Source of the DNA: an uncultured Chloroflexia bacterium
Lineage (GTDB): Bacteria > Chloroflexota > Limnocylindria > Limnocylindrales > CSP1-4
Length of the DNA: 64,000 bases
Direction: 5' to 3'
Assembly: GCA_963712745.1 (NCBI GenBank)
Contig: CAVQJC010000006.1
Coordinates: forward strand, 192,001-256,000
In this document: positions 24,340-33,630 of the stretch, piece by piece
Layout: each line of letters starts with the position of its first letter
Numbering within the stretch: position 1 is the stretch's first letter
The notes under the pieces: generated by a model
What the model was told of the DNA's origin: nothing
The model's input: the letters and a program-made list of their open reading frames with translations, nothing else
Databases searched by the model: none
Translations under genes and position numbers: made by a program

Positions 24340-25142
24340 ACGTGCCCGATCGCACCACGCAGCGAGTGCGCGAGTGGCTCCGACAGTCGACGCCGGACGC
24401 GCCGGAGGCCGAGCGCAGCGTCGACGAGGTCATGACCACGTTGTTCCAGGCATCACAGCTGCGGCCCCGGTCGTCGTTCCGCTTCCTGCGCAGAGCGGAT
24501 TGGGGCGAAGGAGGGTATTCGATGTTCTCGGCACTCAAGATCGGTGTGGCGACAGCGCTCGTGGCGCTGCTCGGCGGAGTCCTGGCCATCAGCACGCTGC
24601 CTCAGGAGCAGCTACCCCAGGCACCGGCCGCAGCCACGGAGGTAGCGACCCCGGAGATCTCGCTAGAGGACCTCCCGCCATACGCTGCCATCAACGGCAA
24701 GATGTTGGCGGGTCCCAATACCCACTTGCCGGACATGGAGATCGACCCGACGACGGGCCGGGGAACAGGCAATGACTATGCCTGGACCATGAGCCTCGAA
24801 ACGAACGACCCCAGGCTCGATGGGCCTTTCCTTTCCAACCACGACTACCTCGTCTTCGAGGGCGAAGACCCGTTTAGCGGTTCCCTCCGCAACGGCATCG
24901 GTACGCTGTCGAACGAGGGCGGATCCTGGAGCGTCGAGTTCCACGGATTCTCGAAGCCCGGCCAGAGCAACATCACCAGCGACTACTACGTGACCTACCT
25001 CACCGGCGAAGGCGGATACGAAGGGCTGTCCGCGATGCTGTTGTCAGTCCCTGCCGGGAGCTACTGGGCCGTCGATGGCGTCATCGCACCTGGCCCCATG
25101 CCCGAGCCCCCGACCACGGTGGAGCCGGCCATGGCGGAGTAG
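24336..25142 (+). CDS. Putative membrane anti-sigma/sensor with conserved MFS..TM anchor and extracellular 'DPR' domain
   Basis: ATGA overlap with the ECF gene, a ~60 aa cytoplasmic part, TM MFSALKIGVATALVALLGGVLA, then NDPRLDG...GEGGYEGL. Confidence 0.75.
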   Translation: MNVPDRTTQRVREWLRQSTPDAPEAERSVDEVMTTLFQASQLRPRSSFRFLRRADWGEGGYSMFSALKIGVATALVALLGGVLAISTLPQEQLPQAPAAATEVATPEISLEDLPPYAAINGKMLAGPNTHLPDMEIDPTTGRGTGNDYAWTMSLETNDPRLDGPFLSNHDYLVFEGEDPFSGSLRNGIGTLSNEGGSWSVEFHGFSKPGQSNITSDYYVTYLTGEGGYEGLSAMLLSVPAGSYWAVDGVIAPGPMPEPPTTVEPAMAE

Positions 25143-25195
25143 CAGCGACGGTTCGGCACGATGGGCGCAGGACTGGATGCGCCCTCCGTGCCGAT

Positions 25196-25660
25196 GCCGA
25201 AGACCGCATCGCGGCGACCGCCTCATCTAGGGGCCTCATCGACGTCGGCGACGCGTGCGCGCTCGACCCGCCGGTGCCCCATCTCGCCATGCACGGCACG
25301 GCGGACCTCCACGTGCCCTTCGACGGAAGTGCGAGCCCGATGGGCGACGACACCATGGTGGACGGCCAGCCCTGGACCGCCTGGCCGATCGCATCCTGGC
25401 CGGGCATCTTCGTTCCGGTCCCCGATATCGTGGCCGCCGTGGCCGAGCGCAACGGATGCGCGCCGAAGACCACATCCGCGCCGACCGCTGACGGCATCGA
25501 GCGCCCGAGCTGGTCTTGCCCCAGCGGCGGCGAGATCGAGTTCGTGGTCGCCGAGGGGGGTGGTCACGGTTGGCCGGGCAGTGTGGTTCAGCAGGTCTAC
25601 GAGGATGCGTACGGGCTGGGACCGGTGAGGATGGACCTCGACGTGTCCGGCACCGCCGAC
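25196..25660 (+). pseudogene. 5'-truncated fragment of an LpqC/PHB-depolymerase-like esterase
   Basis: EDRIAATA...PVPHLAMHGTADLHVPFDG...RNGC...EGGGHGWPG. There is no N-terminal half, and the frame runs into the convergent gene. Confidence 0.6.
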
Positions 25661-25669
25661 GGCGGTCCG

Positions 25670-26746
25670 CTACGGGGAGCAGTCGTCCGGACTGTTGTCG
25701 CGGATGTTGCCGGTGGGATCGCAGGCGACCCCGACGACGTAGGGGAAAGCGTCGTAGTAGCCGCCACCCCACGCGCCCGCGGTGTTGTGATGGATCGAGC
25801 TGGAGTCGTGGAGGATGAGCGGACCGCCGTTCCATACGCCGCCACCGTTGTTGCCGGTGGCGTTGTGGTGGATCGAGCTGGAGTCGTTGAGCGTGAGGTA
25901 GGCGTAGTTGTGGACGCCGCCGCCCTTGGTCGACGCCTCGTTGCCATGGATCGAGCTGGCGTCGTTGAGAGTGACGCTGCCGTAGTTCGAGACGCCGCCG
26001 CCGATCTCGGTGCTGGCCGCGTTGTGGTGGATGGAGCTGGAGTCGTTGAGGATGAGGGTGCCGATGTTGAAGACGCCGCCGGCCTGGTTGGCCGCGTTGT
26101 GGTGGATGGAGCTGGAGTCGTTGAGGATGAGTGTGCCGTCGTTGTCGACGCCACCGCCGATCAGGCTGACGGCGGTGTTGTGGTGGATGGAGCTGGATCC
26201 AGAGAGTGTGAGGGTGCCCATGTGGGTGTTGCCGACGCCACCGCCGTTGCTGGCGACGTTACCGCGGATGGCGGCGGCGCCCTGGAGCCTGAGGGTGCCG
26301 CGATCATTGAAGACGCCGCCGCCGTTCCCAGTGGCGGTGTTGTCGCGGATCACGGTCGAGCCCATGAGGACGAGGGTGCCGCGGTTGAGGATGCCACCGC
26401 CCTTGGCCGCCTTGCCGTCACGGATGCGGACGTCCGCTATGGCCACCATCGCGCCTGGCTCGATGGTGATGACGCTACCCTGACCATCGCCATCGAGCGT
26501 CGGCCGGCCCGAGGCCTCCGTTCGGATGCCCCTGATGCTCAGGTGCTTGCCGATCGTCGTTACGCGGTGGCAGGTGCCTCGCACGGTTAGCCGGTGGCCC
26601 TTGCGGGCGAGCGTGACCGCCTTCTGGAGGCTGTTGCTCGTGGCGCCGGTGTCGAGGTTCTTGACCCGACAGGCAGTAGCCGACCCAGCAGCGACCGGCG
26701 CCGACGCGGCCGCGATCGTCAGCGTTGCCAGCAGGGCCGTCGACAT
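25670..26746 (-). CDS. Secreted right-handed beta-helix protein with Pmp-like GGGVxN repeats
   Basis: About 8 repeats of GGGV-x-N-x-G-x-L-x-L-N-D-S-S-S-I-H-H-N-x-A (24-26 aa) and a signal-like N-terminus. Confidence 0.8.
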   Translation of the reverse strand: MSTALLATLTIAAASAPVAAGSATACRVKNLDTGATSNSLQKAVTLARKGHRLTVRGTCHRVTTIGKHLSIRGIRTEASGRPTLDGDGQGSVITIEPGAMVAIADVRIRDGKAAKGGGILNRGTLVLMGSTVIRDNTATGNGGGVFNDRGTLRLQGAAAIRGNVASNGGGVGNTHMGTLTLSGSSSIHHNTAVSLIGGGVDNDGTLILNDSSSIHHNAANQAGGVFNIGTLILNDSSSIHHNAASTEIGGGVSNYGSVTLNDASSIHGNEASTKGGGVHNYAYLTLNDSSSIHHNATGNNGGGVWNGGPLILHDSSSIHHNTAGAWGGGYYDAFPYVVGVACDPTGNIRDNSPDDCSP

Positions 26747-27249
26747 CAGGAACGCCGCGACGCGTCGGAACGGGATCGCTGCCAGCAGGACAAGCCCCTT
26801 CCTCGCGTCCTCTCCTCACTCATGGGCACGGAAACGGGACACGAGCGCGCCGAGCCCAGACCGATAGATGCTATCCGATGCCATCTTCGGCTGGGGCGAT
26901 CGGTCGCGAAGCACGTCGTACAAGATCCAGGCCACCAGCTGGGACGTACAGAGGCCTCCTACGTGCCCGATCAGACGCCAGAGGTGATCGCGGCGGCCTC
27001 CCGGGAATGATGCGCGAAGGTCTGCCCGGCATCGAGGCTGAGCGGGCAGTGGCGACCGAGAAGGTGGTGGTGACCGACCGGCTGAAGGAGTCCACCATGT
27101 AGCGAGCTGAAGATCCGAGACCGTCTTGGTCACGACCGGGCGCTGGTGGTTCGAGCCGCTTGCTGACGAACTCGGTCTCGATGTCCAGTGGCAGGACGGC
27201 GGGCAGTGCATACGCTCCCGCGAGGCTCAAGCGCAGCGACGCGAGGCTC

Positions 27250-27328
27250 TGGCGCCCCGAAGGGGTCTTGAGGGACCCGGTTGCGACGCAGTGACGACCA
27301 GCCGGCGTGGCACGCGGAAGCGGAGTAG
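27250..27328 (+). repeat. tRNA-Glu 3'-end copy 1 (att-like) plus degenerate integrase C-terminal tail
   Basis: TGGCGCCCCGAAGGGG then TCTTGAGGG. With one indel it encodes WRPEGVLRD...DDQPAWHAEAE*. Confidence 0.75.
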
Positions 27329-27397
27329 GCCAAGGGCGGAGTCTGCCAAGCCAACAGTTCGCCTGATCCCTGGGGCCGTGTGCGTCGTCGTGTATGT

Positions 27398-27592
27398 GTG
27401 GAGACCGGACAGCACGGGCCGGCCGGTTCGAGGACTGGGTCGACCGCATCGTCGTTGACACCTGCTGCGACCGCCTGCGGAGGGCCGCCCGACGGCCGAC
27501 CACGGACGTCTCGACGCAGACCGCATTGAGCACCCCGGAGGCCACGGCTAACGTGCACCGGCGGCTGATGGTGGAGCAGGCCTTCGCCGATT
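27398..27592 (+). pseudogene. Internally deleted ECF sigma factor, paralog of 28502..29080
   Basis: Same GTGGAGACCGGACAGC start, then FEDWVDRIVVDTCCDRLRRAARRPTTDVSTQTALSTPEATANVHRRLMVEQAF versus FEHWFDRIVVNTCRDRLRRSARRPTTDISTQAALSTPDASADVHRRLLVEEAF. Confidence 0.85.
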
Positions 27593-27647
27593 CCGGCGAG
27601 GACGATGGCGATAGACTGCAGGGGGCGTTCGCCACCAGGAGGATGAG

Positions 27648-28253
27648 ATGATCAGGTTCCGACTGCTCAGCGCCGCGTTGGGTGCGCTGCTGCTGCTGGT
27701 GCAGGCCGGCGGTGTCCTCGCACAGACGCCGCCACCCATCGAGCGCACACCGGAGATGGAGGAGCGTGCCGTCGAAGTCGCCGCGCTGTTCCCCGACGAG
27801 ATCGCAGGCGCGTCCCTCCTAGAGAATCTCGACATCAGCGTCGGGCAGGAGGTCCTCGCCACGTTGGATCCGAACGACCCCGATGATGCGGCAGAGATCG
27901 CCCAGTTTGACGAGATCGTGGCGGCCGTCGGAGCGACACTGGACGATGTAGCGACCGCGTCCAGCTACGCCCAGCTCGACGAGGATGCCTATGCCTTCGT
28001 CATCGCCTTCCAGATCCGAGGCGCCGACATCCAGCCGGCACTGCCGCTCCTCGCGGCTGCCCTCGAGGAGGACATGAGCGAAGCGGTCGTCGAGCAGGGG
28101 CAGGTCGGCGACGTGGATGTGACACTGTTCCGCAGCGCCGAGGACCCGGAAGGGGACGCGAACGTCATGCTGGCTCGAGGTGACGTCATCTGGCTGCTCA
28201 CCGTGCCAGCAGAGCTCCTCGAGGAAGCCATCGAATCGCTGCCCGAGTCCTGA
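27648..28253 (+). CDS. Secreted acidic hypothetical protein
   Basis: AGGAGG RBS and signal peptide MIRFRLLSAALGALLLLVQAGGVLA. Confidence 0.75.
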   Translation: MIRFRLLSAALGALLLLVQAGGVLAQTPPPIERTPEMEERAVEVAALFPDEIAGASLLENLDISVGQEVLATLDPNDPDDAAEIAQFDEIVAAVGATLDDVATASSYAQLDEDAYAFVIAFQIRGADIQPALPLLAAALEEDMSEAVVEQGQVGDVDVTLFRSAEDPEGDANVMLARGDVIWLLTVPAELLEEAIESLPES

Positions 28254-28355
28254 CGCATCGCGGCACGCGCCCATCAGGGCTGTGTCCGATGCGTCGTCGC
28301 CGCGCCCTCGGGTCGACTGTGAGCGCCCTGCCTCGGCGGCCTGATGGCGAAGGTC

Positions 28356-28433
28356 TGGCGCCCCCAAGGGGTCTTGAGGGCTCAGAGGCAACGCACTGAC
28401 GACCCGCTCGCGTGGTACGCGCAAGCGGAGTGA
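28356..28433 (+). repeat. tRNA-Glu 3'-end copy 2 (att-like) plus integrase C-terminal tail
   Basis: TGGCGCCCCCAAGGGG then TCTTGAGGG, encoding WRPQGVLRAQRQRTDDPLAWYAQAE*. Confidence 0.85.
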
Positions 28434-28501
28434 GCCCGCGGCCCTCCTCGACCAGGTCGAACTGACCCAATCCTTCGGGCCGCCTACGTCGTCATGTCTA
28501 T

Positions 28502-29080
28502 GTGGAGACCGGACAGCGCCACTTGACGGGAACGCGCACGATGCCTGCAGGGGGGCGCATGGCAGAGACAGAGGCCCAGCGGGCCGCGGCGTTCCAGGCG
28601 CTGGCGGACGAGCACCTGCTCCGGAGCTACCGGCTCGCCAACGCCATCCTCGGTGACCAGACCGAATCCCAAGACGCTGTACACGACGCTTTCATCAATG
28701 CCTGGCAGCGGTGGGATTCACTGCGCGACCGGGCCAAGTTCGAGCACTGGTTCGACCGCATCGTCGTCAACACCTGTCGCGATCGCCTGCGCAGATCGGC
28801 GCGGCGGCCAACCACCGACATATCGACGCAAGCGGCGTTGAGCACTCCGGACGCCTCGGCCGACGTACACCGGCGACTGCTCGTCGAGGAGGCTTTCGCA
28901 CGGTTGAAGGCCGACGATGTCGTCGTGCTGGCGCTCCGCTTCTTCGTGGATCTCGAGACGGAGGACATCGCCCGACTGCTGGACGTGCCCACACCGACCG
29001 CCAAGACGCGACTGAGATCAGCGAGGATGCGACTTCGCGACCTCATCGAGCGACAGACACCCACCGAGGCAGTCCCATGA
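28502..29080 (+). CDS. ECF sigma-70 factor (cassette 2)
   Basis: ESQDAVHDAF, KFEHWFDRIVVN and EDIARLLDVPTPTAKTRLRSA. Confidence 0.92.
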   Translation: METGQRHLTGTRTMPAGGRMAETEAQRAAAFQALADEHLLRSYRLANAILGDQTESQDAVHDAFINAWQRWDSLRDRAKFEHWFDRIVVNTCRDRLRRSARRPTTDISTQAALSTPDASADVHRRLLVEEAFARLKADDVVVLALRFFVDLETEDIARLLDVPTPTAKTRLRSARMRLRDLIERQTPTEAVP

Positions 29081-31692
29081 ACGACCACCAGCTCGACCTC
29101 GCGCTTCAGGCGATGGGCAGAGATCGGACCGCGGTCGCCGAACCGCCCGAGCTCCGGGAGCGAGTGGCCGCGATCCCGCTCACCACGCTCCGACGCCGCC
29201 GCTGGCTGCCGGCGACCGACACCAAGGCGTTCACCATGTTCTCCACACTCAGGTTCGTCGCCGCTGCGTCCATCGTGGCGCTGTTCGGCGGCTTCCTGCT
29301 TGCGGGCATCCTGACCACGCCGCAAGGGGACGAGATGGCCCCGGCGGCGGTGACCGACTCACCCTCGCCGATGACGACCGAGGAATCGCTCTCGGGCATG
29401 GTCACCGAGGAGGTGGAGCCGGGCGTCTTCCGGGTCGTCAACGATGGCGTGCGGGACCTGACCCTGGAGGGACTCTGGGGTTGGTGGATCGACATCGTTG
29501 CGGGTCTGGACGGTAGCGTCTGGATCGTCACCGACCACGATCTCTTCCGGCTGGGCGACGAACGGACGCACCCCTGGCTCGAGGAGATTCGGAATCTCGA
29601 CTCTCTCGCACCCCTCGGGGTCGACCGCGAGGGGAGGGCGTGGCTCGGCGGGTCGGTAGACGGTGGACCTTGGCGGGGTCTCTTCGCACTCGAAGGCGAG
29701 ACCTGGACCAAGTACGCCCCAGCGGACATCCCGGCGGGAGTGGCACTCAGCCAGGCGGAGTTGGGGCCGGACGGTGCCATGTGGGTGGCGCTGGACTGCT
29801 GCGACGCCGGCCTCGAGGCCAGCCCCCCAGACGCTGCCCTGCCCATCCTGGCCCGTCTCGAGGACGGTGTCTGGGAGACCGCCCACACCGAGGTCCCAGA
29901 CCGGGGGAGCCTGCACGTCGGCACCGACGGCCCCTTCGGATTCATCGACGAGGTCTTCTCCCGCTACGACGGCGCTGACTGGCAGCCGCAGGAGATGCCC
30001 TACGACGGGACCGACTCCTTCAGCGATCTGGACCAGCTGGCCGGCCCGGAGAACACCCTCTGGCTGGGCCTCTGGGGGGAGTGTCCCGACGGTGAGGAGG
30101 ATGCCTGTGGCGATACGGACTCGCCCCGCTACGGTCTCGCCCGCAATGACGGGAGCGGCTGGGAGGAGTGGCTCATGGGCGGCTTCCCGGACAAGGACGG
30201 GGAGAACCTTCTGTCAGCACTCTTCCTGAGAGCCGTCGGAACTGACGGCAGCCTGTGGGGCAGTCTCGAGTGGGGAGGCGACGGAGCGTCCTGGCCGGGA
30301 TGGAGTGGTGATGCCGCCCGTTGTGATGGCGTGGCCCACTTCGACGGTGTCGAACTGGACCGCCACCTGCGGGGCCTCTGCGTAGGGCCCTTGGAAGTCG
30401 CTCCGGATGGCGCGGTCTGGCTACTTGCCAGCGCCACCCCTTCGACGAGTTCCGATGTCTACGTCATCACCCCCGATGCCGTGGCGCTCAAGGAGTCCGA
30501 TGTTGCCGAGCTACCTTCGGTGGAGGAGGCGACCGACACCGAGGACTCCACGACGACCGCCTCCGACATCCTGCCCGGCGTCACCCTGACCGTCGAGGAG
30601 GTCAAGCCAGGCGTCTTCCGGGTCGTCAACGACGGTCACAGGGAGCTACCCACCTCGGACGACGACTTCGGTGGCTCCGTAGATGTCACCCCCGATGGCA
30701 GCGTCTGGCTGCGCAGCGACAGGCAAGGCTTGTACCGCCTGGGAGATGAAGCTACGTTCGACGACTCGACGGAGATGCGGCCATCCATCCAGGTCGCTCC
30801 CGACGGCTCGCTCTGGGCCATCGGTCAGTTCCTGGACGACCGTATGGCCGTCTTCTCGTTCGATGGCCAGGGATGGACGGAGCGGACCGACCCGACCGGC
30901 AACGACCCCCATCTCGACCCCCTCCTCGAGAGGCTGGCCATCGGACCCGACGGGACGGTCTGGGTGACGACGACGGACGAGCGCAAGTACTGCCCCGACA
31001 TCGAGGCTGGCGAATGCCCCGGCACCTTCCTCGTGCGGCTCGAGGACGACGGTTCCCTGACGACCATCAACGACTGGCCCGATGCTTACGATGGCGACGC
31101 GTCTCCACACCGACTGGTGGTGTCACCCGACGGCGACGTGTGGCTCATCGGCGCGAGGCGCTGGGGTGGTCGCTCGGGTGGTCCGGAAACCGAGGCGCTC
31201 CTGCGCTTCGATGGCAGCGGGTGGGAAGTCCTCCCGCTTCCCGACGGGTTCCTAGACGCCAGGGTGTGGCGGTCGTTCGGCTTCGGTCCTGACGGCACAC
31301 TGTGGGTGCAGGTCCGCGGCCTCGCCGCTGGCCACCCCGATGCGCGCGGCCTCGCCCGCTTCGATGACCCCGGCTGGACCATGTTCACCGAGCCCGATGG
31401 CGGTTTGGGCTGGCAAGGCTGGACCGGGTCCGACGGCGAGCCCGTCTGGCCCGGTGCAGACCTGCTCACCGTCGCCGCCGACGGCAGCTTCTGGCTGCGC
31501 GGAAGACCGACCGCAGACGGCTGCGGCGGCGTGGCCCACTTCGACGGCACGACGTGGACCACATATCTGGTCGAAGCCTGCATCAGCGATCTCGCCATCG
31601 CCCCCGATGGCAGCGTCTGGCTGCGCGGCGAGGTGGGTGTCCAGGGCCACCTCTACGTCATCACCCCCGAGGCCGTGACGGCCACCGGGTAG
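29077..31692 (+). CDS. Putative membrane anti-sigma/sensor with MFS..TM anchor and two tandem beta-propeller-like modules
   Basis: ATGA overlap with the ECF gene, TM MFSTLRFVAAASIVALFGGFLLAG and many (A/G)PDGxxW blades. The module is duplicated (EEVEPGVFRVVNDG/EEVKPGVFRVVNDG; GVAHFDG x2; YVITP x2). Confidence 0.8.
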   Translation: MNDHQLDLALQAMGRDRTAVAEPPELRERVAAIPLTTLRRRRWLPATDTKAFTMFSTLRFVAAASIVALFGGFLLAGILTTPQGDEMAPAAVTDSPSPMTTEESLSGMVTEEVEPGVFRVVNDGVRDLTLEGLWGWWIDIVAGLDGSVWIVTDHDLFRLGDERTHPWLEEIRNLDSLAPLGVDREGRAWLGGSVDGGPWRGLFALEGETWTKYAPADIPAGVALSQAELGPDGAMWVALDCCDAGLEASPPDAALPILARLEDGVWETAHTEVPDRGSLHVGTDGPFGFIDEVFSRYDGADWQPQEMPYDGTDSFSDLDQLAGPENTLWLGLWGECPDGEEDACGDTDSPRYGLARNDGSGWEEWLMGGFPDKDGENLLSALFLRAVGTDGSLWGSLEWGGDGASWPGWSGDAARCDGVAHFDGVELDRHLRGLCVGPLEVAPDGAVWLLASATPSTSSDVYVITPDAVALKESDVAELPSVEEATDTEDSTTTASDILPGVTLTVEEVKPGVFRVVNDGHRELPTSDDDFGGSVDVTPDGSVWLRSDRQGLYRLGDEATFDDSTEMRPSIQVAPDGSLWAIGQFLDDRMAVFSFDGQGWTERTDPTGNDPHLDPLLERLAIGPDGTVWVTTTDERKYCPDIEAGECPGTFLVRLEDDGSLTTINDWPDAYDGDASPHRLVVSPDGDVWLIGARRWGGRSGGPETEALLRFDGSGWEVLPLPDGFLDARVWRSFGFGPDGTLWVQVRGLAAGHPDARGLARFDDPGWTMFTEPDGGLGWQGWTGSDGEPVWPGADLLTVAADGSFWLRGRPTADGCGGVAHFDGTTWTTYLVEACISDLAIAPDGSVWLRGEVGVQGHLYVITPEAVTATG

Positions 31693-31761
31693 GGATGGGG
31701 GGCCTGCGCTAGAAGGATCGAGCACCACAGCATGCGAGTTCTGTGCAGACGGGAGGAAGAG

Positions 31762-33183
31762 ATGCGCACACTGCGGGTATCTATCATCGGTGCGATCCTG
31801 GTGGCCGTATCCGCTCTGGGGGTCGCAGCCCAAGCACAGGAACGGCCGGCTGGATCCGACCTGCTCGTCGTGGAGGGCACCGGCTCGTTCGCCGCCATCC
31901 CGGGCCACGCTTCCGGCACCAACACCATGAGCGATCCCCGCGTCAGCGGCGACGTGGTCGTGGACTACGACTACGTGTGTGATCCCACGATGTCGAACTG
32001 CAGCGTCTGGGGCGAGGAGACCATCACTAACGACGGCGGGTCCTGGGTCGGTGAGTTCATCGGTCTCATCAGATCGGGACCCACCTGGGAGAACAACATC
32101 ACGGCGTGGCTGAACGGCAGCGGGGACTACGAGGGCTGGAGCTACGTGGTGAACTACTCGGGCCCCATGTCGGCAAGCTCAGCCGAAGGTCTGATCTCTC
32201 GTGTGCCGCTCCCGCCGACGGTGGCCCTGGGCATGACCGAGGCTTCGGCCGTGATCCCTCCGGCCCAGGCGGCCGAGGAGCCTGAGGTCGGCGAGCCCGT
32301 GACCGACGTGTCACAGGTACCACCGGACGAGACCATCGGGGAGCCCGCCGATGACGGTGCCGCCATCGTTGCCGTGGAGCAGCAGGACGAGCGGACGGTC
32401 GACCTGACCATCGACTCCCCGGCCGTGGGCACCCGGAAAGCGCGACTGCTCCTGCCGGCCGGGTTCGACTCCGAGGCGGGTGCGACCTGGCCTGTCCTCT
32501 ATCTCCTCCACGGGGCGATGGGGAACCATTCAGACTGGACGACCCTGACGGACGCGGCCGACCTCGTCGCCGACCTCGGCCTGCTCGTGGTCCTGCCCGA
32601 TGGCGGCGCCGACAGCTGGTACTCCGACTGGTGGAACGGTGGTGAGGGTGGACCGCCGATGTGGGAGACGTTCCACCTGACCGAGCTGCGTCAGCTGCTG
32701 GAGCGGAACTGGCAGGCCGGCGAGGATCGCGCGGTGGCCGGTGTCTCGATGGGTGGCCTCGGTGCCATGTCGTACGCGGCACGGAACCCCGAACTGTTCA
32801 AGGCTGCGGCCTCGTTCAGCGGCCACCTGAAGCCGCTCGGTTCCGAGTTCCACCCGGACGGGCGGATCTGGGGCGACAAGGTTGCCCAGGCCGACATCTG
32901 GGAGGCCCATGACCCGATCAGCCTGGCGCCGGCGCTCGAGGGCATGGCGCTGTACGTGTCGTATGGAAACGGCGAGGTCGGCCCCTTCGACGACGCCGAT
33001 GCGCTGCCCGACCAGCTCGAGGCATGGCTCGCCGAGATGAACGAGGCTTTCGTCACCCGGCTGGATGAGCTCGGCATCCCCGTCACCGTCGACGCCTACG
33101 GCCCTGGCAGACACGACTGGCCATACTTCGAGCAAGGGCTGCACGGGGCCATGCCGCTACTGCTCAAGGCTCTCGACGGCTGA
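31762..33183 (+). CDS. Secreted fusion of a 'DPR' domain and an antigen-85/esterase-type alpha/beta hydrolase
   Basis: Signal peptide, SDPRVSG..GSGDYEGW, then WPVLYLLHG, SWYSDW, WETFHLTEL, GVSMGG (nucleophile) and GRHDWPYF. Confidence 0.85.
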   Translation: MRTLRVSIIGAILVAVSALGVAAQAQERPAGSDLLVVEGTGSFAAIPGHASGTNTMSDPRVSGDVVVDYDYVCDPTMSNCSVWGEETITNDGGSWVGEFIGLIRSGPTWENNITAWLNGSGDYEGWSYVVNYSGPMSASSAEGLISRVPLPPTVALGMTEASAVIPPAQAAEEPEVGEPVTDVSQVPPDETIGEPADDGAAIVAVEQQDERTVDLTIDSPAVGTRKARLLLPAGFDSEAGATWPVLYLLHGAMGNHSDWTTLTDAADLVADLGLLVVLPDGGADSWYSDWWNGGEGGPPMWETFHLTELRQLLERNWQAGEDRAVAGVSMGGLGAMSYAARNPELFKAAASFSGHLKPLGSEFHPDGRIWGDKVAQADIWEAHDPISLAPALEGMALYVSYGNGEVGPFDDADALPDQLEAWLAEMNEAFVTRLDELGIPVTVDAYGPGRHDWPYFEQGLHGAMPLLLKALDG

Positions 33184-33257
33184 CGACGCTATCTCGGACC
33201 CGACCGGCCGAGCCGGGGCATCGCGCCCTCCAAGGAGTAGCGCACGAGGGGAGGGAG

Positions 33258-33338
33258 TGGCGCCCCCAAGGGGCCTTGAGGGCGCGGGAACAACGCGGCC
33301 GGTGCGACCCGCTGGCGTGGTATGCCGAACGTGCGTGA
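33258..33338 (+). repeat. tRNA-Glu 3'-end copy 3 (att-like) plus integrase C-terminal tail
   Basis: TGGCGCCCCCAAGGGG then CCTTGAGGG, encoding WRPQGALRAREQRGRCDPLAWYAERA*. Confidence 0.85.
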
Positions 33339-33630
33339 TCTGCCTCTGCGTCGGGCCAGCCGGGCCGACGTCGAGCAGGGTCGCTAGCGCCCCGGACGAA
33401 GCCCCGGCGATGACGCCTGCGACCTTCAGGCCCTCGAACACGATGGTCACGCCGAACGCCGCGAGAAGCACGCCCTCCACGAGGACACTGGACTGGTCTG
33501 CGAGCGGCCTGAGGACACTCGGCTCCATGGCGAGGGGTGAAGGTCCTCAGGGACCCGCGCAGGATGCCCGACCCGGCCGCATTCAGACCAGCACGACCAG
33601 CGGTCGCAGGTCGCGCACGCTCAGAGGGTG

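Noticed and set aside
25274-26590. 438-aa plus-strand ORF with repeats
   Set aside because: Only the first ~125 aa are an esterase fragment. The rest is the antisense shadow of the beta-helix gene.
26850-27249. Possible gene remnant before att copy 1 (also 33340-33630)
   Set aside because: No recognisable motif or consistent reading frame, so it is left unannotated.
28711-29076. N-terminal extension of the 993-aa ORF
   Set aside because: It overlaps the ECF gene out of frame. The true start is the ATGA-coupled Met at 29077.
33222-33235. Partial att-like matches (GCGCCCTCCAAGG here; CAAGGGGTCTTG near 53941; CCCTTGAG near 23648 and 35376; TGGCGCC near 13322)
   Set aside because: Too short or mismatched for a high-GC sequence, and none has the DPLAWY tail.
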